Shown one piece after another: positions 56,379 through 64,000 of a stretch of 64,000 nucleotides of DNA. Source of the DNA: Nemertoderma westbladi. Taxonomy: Eukaryota > Animalia > Xenacoelomorpha. Location: contig JAUCBJ010002048.1 of NCBI GenBank assembly GCA_032718475.1, forward strand, positions 1 to 64,000, written 5' to 3'. The notes beneath the pieces were generated by a model. The model ran no database searches. It had not been told where the DNA came from and was given only the letters and a program-made list of their open reading frames with translations. Every line of letters starts with the position of its first letter. Position 1 is the stretch's first letter. The translations under genes and the position numbers were made by a program.

Positions 56379-57650
56379 TAGGCCTAGGTTGATGACGGCT
56401 ATTTATTGACTATAAGTTTCTTTAATTATTAATTATATTAATAATATGTGACGAACTGCGCTCTACCGAGTCAGTCACTCAATACGTTACGAATAATGAT
56501 TTTTCATAATCCACAATCCATTTAAACAAATATTTTGTTTATAAGTCTCTAATTGGAAAAGGGACCTTTTCAGTAAAAAAACGGCCCTTTGGTGTCGATT
56601 GGAAAAATTACAAAACAAGTTATACCTCTAGAAGACATGCATGGTTACAAATATAATGTTTCCAATACAAAAGTTACCTATATAAAGTGTTAACAGCCTG
56701 CATTAGTAGGCCTACTGCTACAAATAATATAAAAATATGATAATTTTAACACAGGCTTTTCAAATATTTGTCATATCATCGTTGCAGAGTATCTCGTTAA
56801 TAAATTGCGGTTCCGTTGCATCAGGATCAGCGCGTCAGATTTTACTTCTAGATCAGGTATCTTATCTTCAGAAGTGTGCGGCCCCGCAAGGTCCGCAATA
56901 AAGTTGGCCAAACACTTCTACCTACACCTCTGATAAAGTGATACAGAATTGGGTTTATTTACAGTACTCTGCTGGAAGTTACTATAGTAGGCCTATCAAG
57001 GCAGATGCAAACCAAAATGTTAAACAATAAAAATTATCTAATAGATCTAGTACAGGTACGCTACTACGCAGTATTTAAGTGCCATTGAGCTAGGGCACAC
57101 AATGTCTTATCCTATCATCATCTTTATTAACTCTCCACTAGTACTGCTTAGATTAGGTATGCTTGGACGATCAAACGAAGTTGAGTAGCATATTATATCA
57201 TATTACTGTAGTAAGGAGGTGATTCGAAGTCGACCTGCCAGTAACACGCTTCCTTTGGATGCAGTGTCTCTCATTTTCCGCTTCCCTGCACAGTTTGTCA
57301 GGCAGATAATACATAGAGACTATCCAAGAATCCAATTTCGGAGCATATTGATTATGTGTGCAGTGATGGAATACCAAAATACTGTAAGCCTTCACCTAAG
57401 AAGTACATCCTGTAATGTGTGTATGTAGTAATAATGTAAGTGGCAGTACAGTATTTCCGCTTTCCATTCGCGTTCACTTTGTCGTCTCGGTTGATTTACA
57501 ATTTATAAACTACAGTAACTGAAGTCACAATTTAACCATTGGCCTCCCACGTGATAAAAAATCTAAACAAATTTAGCAATGACGTCCAGGTGGGATCGAA
57601 CTGGTGACCTCAAGGTTGGAAGTCTGGCCAGAGCCATCTATCCATTCCGA

Positions 57651-60600
57651 TACTACTACTAGAATCGGCATGCTGCATTGCAGCTGCATAATATATATTA
57701 TATTACATATATATTAAGAATGCTATGCCGGCTTGTCGACAAAATTGCGCCGCCACAAGTTTCTATCACCCATGACATGTCCTAAATCATCCGCATCTTC
57801 AAGGCCAGTGGCCTTTAATCACATTGTCAAGCATACCATCATTTGAGCTTATGCTCATCCGGTCAGTGACTTGTTGAGGACTTTCAAAGTTAACTGTCAA
57901 AATTGTCTTCTTAGAGTTAATAAAAAGACCAACACTAGAAGCAGCCTGTTCTAATGAGCTGAGGAGCCGTTGGGCTCCCTCTAGTGATTCTGAGAGTACT
58001 CCTAAGTCATCAGCAAAGTCTAGATCAGTTAGGTACTTGGCAGGATTTCCTCGACTTCTGAAGCCAGTAGGTGGAGTTATCATCACCCTATCATCATTAT
58101 GATGATCTAAGGACATGCGTAGAACATAGTCAACCATAATTATGAACAAGAATGGCGCAAGTGTGTTTTCTTGGACGACTCCCCATAGGGGCCATTCTAT
58201 GTCACCGTCAACTGTAGACACAAATGTTGTCGAACCATCGTTTACTGATCTGATTGCTGCAATAATTTCATCAGGAATCCCATATAATGAAAGTATGCTG
58301 AACATACGTGAGCGAGAGACTGAATCAACGCCCTTGAAGAAGTGAACAAAGATAACAGCCAGTTGCCTATCTTTTTTTGATAACTCTTCAATTATCCTTC
58401 CAAGTCCCAAAATGGGCTCCATGGTCCCACGACATTTACGGAACCCATTCTGATTTCCACGGAAGAGTATCTCAATGGGATCCCTGATACGATTTAATTG
58501 AATTATCGATTTCCATGTTGATGTTCCAGTTGATCGATTTCCATGCCTGGGATGATTGCCTGCTGTCGTCGGCATCATTGCTGGCATCATCCTGTTGGTT
58601 TATAAGCTCCTGTAGATTAACAGTATACTGCCTATTCAGGGACCTAGAAGCAGCCTTAACTGCATTCTTGGCCGCTGTAGTCTGTTTGAGTCGGGACTCT
58701 TTCTGCGCCTTATAGAGGTCATTTCGGCACTTCCGAATTTTGGGGTCAGTCCAGGTCCAGGGCGCCTTTTTTTGTTTTGTTTCGAGGGTATACAGGAAAT
58801 GTTTCTGCAGCTGCTAACTGCCAGCTGCTTCTGTGAAGGCAGTATAGCCCTCGCAGTGATCTGCCGCATCAGAGGCAAGAACCTCATACCTATTGCTCAG
58901 CTGTAGTGTGAAGGTGGATCTCACACTTGGCTGTTACAAAAGAGAGAACCAGTCATGTCGTGGCAAGGCAGATTTTGTTCTTCTGCTAGCACGCAGACTA
59001 AGTCTTACCCTGGCCACAATAAGGCGAGTAGACAATAAGGCTGGAGAAGGGTCGAAGTGTAAATGCATTACAGTCTAGTATAGAGCACCTGTATTTCCTA
59101 CGAAACAGAATATGGTCTATCTGGAACTTTGACCATTGGGTACACTATGAGACTATAGCTTTCCAGTTCGCTTCTTGAACTGGGTTCCAGCCGAAAACAA
59201 TCCATTTCCAGAGATGAAATCCTGAAGATGGGCGGAATTTCGGTTAGCACTATCGCTATAGACCCCGGGTGATCTAGTTGATTGATGGAGACTTGCATTG
59301 AAGTCTCCCAGGAATGTTAAGAATGCATGCTGATCCACTACATCAGTAGCTGCTTGTAGATTGTGGTAGAAATTTCCACCACCTCCACTAGTTGGAGAAT
59401 AGCACACAATCAGAATAACCTTAGGAAACTTCTTAGCCAGTCTCCCAGAACATGAAAAGTGGCAACGGATGATGCGGTTTGAGATTAAGTCTACAGTATT
59501 TTGTCCAATGTTGCATGTGCAGGTGGATTCATCAATAGATCAATTCCACCATTGCCACTACCATCTGTTGATGCGAGTGCAAGTCGCCAACCGCCCCATG
59601 TCCTTATTCAGAACCTCATCAGTCTGTCCAGTCTGCATTCGGTGCTCTGGAATACCCACTGTGCTAAAGGAAGCTTATCTGCCAAGGCAGCCAGCTCACC
59701 TTGTCGCATTGGGGACCCGAGTGTTAGGGTGTTGACTGAGGCTAGTCTAGTGACTATGCCTCAGATTCACCAATGGCTTTGTTGGTCGGGGTGGAACATG
59801 AGAGTAGCCTCCAACTCCAGAATTCCCCCCCCCCCCCCCCTCACAATCTGGCTACCCTGGTAACCCAGGGTTTGGGCCAGAAAGGTCACCAGGAAAGGGA
59901 CTCAAAGAACTGTTTGCCGCTCTCTCTCCAGTAGGGGGTGAGACAGGCAGCCGGTCAGGAGATAACTGACGCCCGTGAGGCCTATTATGTCCTGTACTTA
60001 CACTGGCCTCTAGTGGCCGGACTTCCGCATTTCTAATGTAATCCATACAGTAGTGGGGGGCTGGGGGTGCTTTTTTGCCGAGTCAGCTCTCGGGGCAAAT
60101 ACCACACTCTGATTTATCATTCCACAGGGTGGGTGTCGCAGTGGAGTCAGATATGAGGCCCATCACCCATATCTACTCTGGCGCACATGACCCACCATTG
60201 GCTGTGCAGCTCATCTGCTGGGTCATGCCCTGTACCCCTGCTGCCAGGTGCAGGTCGCACTGAAGTGAACTCAGATTGGACTTGGACATAAGAACACTCT
60301 ATTCCTGACCAGTCATTGGTAGATCACCATCTCCCTGGCCAGGCCAGATACCCCTGCAGCCAAGTATATGGGTCCTTAATCCATGACAAAGGGCGTCCAA
60401 ACCCTAGAACCAAGGCACCAAGGGGGTCCCAGTTACAGGGCCAGATTTGCTCTTAGTAAGTCTACGGCGGGTCTATGCAACCACAGGTGGCACCACCTTT
60501 ATGTTGCATGGATGTGGCAAGTTTTCTTTATCAATGACCTAGATTACCTGACTTGACCTAGAACTTCTGACCTGACCTAGAATACCTGACCTTTTACGTG
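57651..60600 (-). mobile_element. Near-full-length degenerate RTE LINE (5' UTR, APE endonuclease, RT) with a ~470-bp deletion near the 3' end
   Basis: APE 'CYSPT', 'LGDFNA'; RT 'NQNGFR', 'LAPFLFII', 'DFADD'; 3' end matches 1-673 except for the segment ~69-539. Confidence 0.88.
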
Positions 60601-63059
60601 ATAGCGGCTCAGGTAAAAGGTAAACCTGGAATGACTGATATCTTATGTATGTCCGCAATTTACGTCCCATGGTCTCACAACTGTCAACCAATCATCAGCA
60701 ACTACTGTAGTAATAATAAGAATAACGATGAACTATGTAGTAAGTATTAATTAATCCCAGTAATAAGGAAACGACCAATTCTCTGAAATACTTGAATGGG
60801 AGTCTACACACACACATACATACAGTAAGTAAGCATTACTGTTCTAGTAACTAAAACTTAACTTAAATAGAAGCAATAACATCAATCATAGAAATGCTGC
60901 AGATACAAAGGCCTACGAGTTATGCAACTGCCCCTTCAAATAACTACATTAAATTTGTGAAAATAATTAATTGAATGGAAATATTGTTTTTAAATTGTGG
61001 GCGTATATAGGTTGAGGGGAAACAATAATTAATATTTATAATACTACTGTACCTAAGAATGCTGTCTCAATTGGCCTGCAACCATCTGCTGGCCCATATG
61101 TCAATGCATCCATTGTTATTTATCGTAAAACATTTATCGCACACACCCTCCCATAGTACTGTAGTATAATTAAATTATCCTGTAATTACTTACTTGGGTT
61201 AGGGGTTTTTGTTGGCGGTCATGTGGTGTGAGTTTGTGTGGGGTGGGGGCTTAGGTTCGGATAAAATGGAAAGTTGAAGAAATCTAGATGAATTACGTTT
61301 CTCAAACGTAATTCCTTTGGTCCCGGGTTTGCCAGTTCAGTGTGGAAGCGGAACGGTCCACGGAACCTCCACCACACTACGCGCGCGACCTCTGATGGTT
61401 TCCACCATCTTTCGTCTGCAAAAACTCAACCCCGTTCCACACGCTCTCCTCCGAATGCCACTGCCGATACTGTAACTCAATTTACGACAGGTGCCACACG
61501 CTTAGCTGCCCCCAGTGCCCATATCTTGCCATTCTCACGTCTCACCTCAACTCAACTCTACTAAATAATTACAAAACTAAACGTCACGGAATTACGGTAA
61601 CTACCGGTAACCTTCCCATTACTGCTGAGTACTTGATTTCTATAAAATATACTGCAATAACCCGTGCTATTGTTTGACTCTCGTTTAATGTTTTGGTTAT
61701 AATAACTAGTCAATGTAACCTCTGCTCCTTTCCCTTAAAATCTCAGGAACTACTCTAATCTCAGGCGCCGGTGATGTGAAGTATAATGTCTTCAGGAGTC
61801 TTTGGAAAGTTATATAATCGTAATTATATATTCCCATCTATTTTGGTTCTTTTATTTATTCAATATCAATTCAGTTCACAATTCAACTAAACTCTGCAGA
61901 TACAGTACCGAATTTCATAAAATCATCGCAATAATAAAAATTCATAAGAGCATCTGCCTGAAAACGCACTAGTGAATTATTATAATGAGACATATGGCAT
62001 CTCTGTATTTTAATATATGACGTCAATCCAGCTTTATTTTATTTTCATTTAATTTGATTTACACCTACGGAAACTACATGTATTTAGTTACTCCGGTCTA
62101 ACATAGTGTGATACACAAGTTCAATACATAGGTACTCTAGTTCTATGCTCATGTTTTACAGGAAGTTACCGTAGGTCCAATTCTCTTTGCGCTACTGATA
62201 TATTTTATAATGCTCAAAATTAGTTTATATGCCGACCATCAATTATAGTTAATTGTCTCCTTCTTACAATAATCTCAAAATAGTTACAATTCTATACAAT
62301 TATTTATACTGACCAAATTCGGTTCAAGTTCGGTTATGTTCTCAAGTCTATCTATATATACTGTAGTCCGGCGGGTGAAGGAAAGTTATAGTTGAATGTC
62401 ATGATCGATCAAGCTGATTCTCCAGCTGATTTAAGGGACCAGCTATGATTAAGAGGCGGGAGTGCAATTAGACCTGGTTTTGGTAATTTATGAGATGCCA
62501 CCAAAAGTATAGAAAACCTATTACCGTCTTACAGTTGATTGATATTGCATCAATGATTTCATCTGAAATCCAGTGCCAGTCACACATTTAAAGGTTTTAC
62601 ATTTTGAATTTAGGTCGACTTGACTGATATTTGAATGCCTTTCAATGATTAGAATTCAAAACTGTAATAACCTCGAAAGAATGGTCTCATCCCTAGATTA
62701 CAGTACTGCGCACACTATATCGATAGTATGATTGAATAGGAATTACTGTTGTTACAGAAGCATTAAGGTAGTGTGTTTCGCTGTGTTTTTTTTTCGCTAG
62801 CTTTAACTGGTCGGCGAAATTGCAAAACATTATCTAATTACTGTGTACTATTAGTATTGTATGTGTGATATTAAAAGTGTACTATTTTTCACTTAGGGTC
62901 GAGTGTGCGTATTTCAATAATAGGGGCGAATGAGGGAGGGTTTCACAGCTGCTGATACCTGAATTATTGTTTTAATTTTAATAATTATTCATTAAATTAG
63001 TGTTGTATTTGTTTGAGATTATTAATTAATCATAAAAAGGTAGCTTTATATTTATCACT

Positions 63060-64000
63060 ATGACACAATCTACGGACCCGGTTTCAAACTTTGTGGCTGG
63101 TGGTGTCGGTGGCCTTTGCTGCGTTCTGGTTGGACATCCGTTCGATACGATAAAGGTGCAGCAGCAGACGGGAATGCACAGCAGCCCGTCTGCAGGACTC
63201 AGACACCTGGTAGGCACTGAAGGCGCCCGAGGGCTATACAGAGGGGTGGCATCTCCGCTGCTCATAATGGCCCCAATCTCATGCACAATGTTCGCTTCGT
63301 ACGCCGTGGGCAAACGATTACTATTGGGTGCCGACACGGGTCAGGCCCAGGCGAAACTACCGCCGAGTAGCTTGGTAGCGGCGGGGGCTTTCTCTGGTAT
63401 CTTTACAGGTTTAATCAACGGCCCCGCGGAGAGAGTGAAAGTAGCACTCCAGGTGCAGACAACCAATACACGCCCGGTTAGTATTTTAGAGGTATACAAC
63501 ATTATTAATGAAATATATGAACGAACTTTAAGTACTTGTCAATTTTAGTCGATTAGAATGATACTGTATCAACAATTTATTTTGGTTTCCAGACGGTGCT
63601 CAAAGGCACTATAGACTGTATTTCTGGAATGTACCGTGAAGGTGGATTACGAACAATGTTTAAAGGAACACCTATTACCATGGTCCGAGATGTTCCGGCA
63701 TTGGCTGTATTCTTTGCTACTTACGATATTACATTGAGGAAATTAAATAAAATGAGGAATCAGCAGGATTCAAATAAGGTTCAACCACTAGCAACAATCA
63801 TAGCTGGTGGAATTGCAGGTAGGCGGAATTAGATGATTGTTGTCAATTTGGGACTTTATTGTTGTAGACAACGTTAATATCTTTCTTCGTTCTATGCTAC
63901 GCAGTACTTGTCTAGTCTACTTCACAACAATAATTTCATTTTTCTTTTTTTAAGGTTTAATCCAGTGGATATGCATCTTACCAATAGATACGGTGAAATC
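63060..64000 (+). CDS. SLC25A20: Mitochondrial carnitine/acylcarnitine carrier-like (SLC25), exons 63060-63476, 63593-63818, 63955->64000
   Basis: 'FVAGGVGGLCCVLVGHPFDTIKV', 'PAERVK', 'RDVPA', 'PIDTVKS' carrier signatures; GT-AG, phase-compatible introns. Confidence 0.88.

Noticed and set aside
57575-57640. tRNA gene (also 45872-45943)
   Set aside because: B box and TCC loop are present but stems are incomplete; better explained as SINE heads or pseudogenes
59800-60600. HDV-like ribozyme in the RTE 5' UTR
   Set aside because: Expected from some RTE families, but I could not identify the nested pseudoknot by eye; needs a descriptor search

Overview
Repeat-rich eukaryotic (invertebrate animal-like, spliceosomal GT-AG introns) genomic window. 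Host genes: a 5-exon divergent nicotinic-acetylcholine-receptor-like Cys-loop channel (- strand, 30569-52529), the start of a mitochondrial carnitine/acylcarnitine carrier gene (+, 63060 to window end), and a 2-exon CaRF/ALS2CR8-like ORF (3366-4533). The rest is mostly mobile DNA: RTE and CRE-like LINEs, a deleted P-superfamily element, MITEs, and very long simple or mini-satellites. The outstanding object is a young 18.3-kb BEL/Pao LTR retrotransposon (8094-26381, TSD GGAAT, ~2.1-kb LTRs) with three unusual traits. (i) It has no tRNA-type PBS; instead the 12 nt after the 5' LTR are the exact reverse complement of a 12-mer inside the LTR (Tf1-like self-priming geometry). (ii) It carries an intact 1235-aa extra ORF with a DEDDy-type 3'-5' exonuclease-like domain and three CCHC knuckles. 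(iii) Colinear long-range complementarity between the 5' leader and the pol-ORF3 spacer would loop out gag-pol. All family calls come from motif recognition by eye, not database searches.
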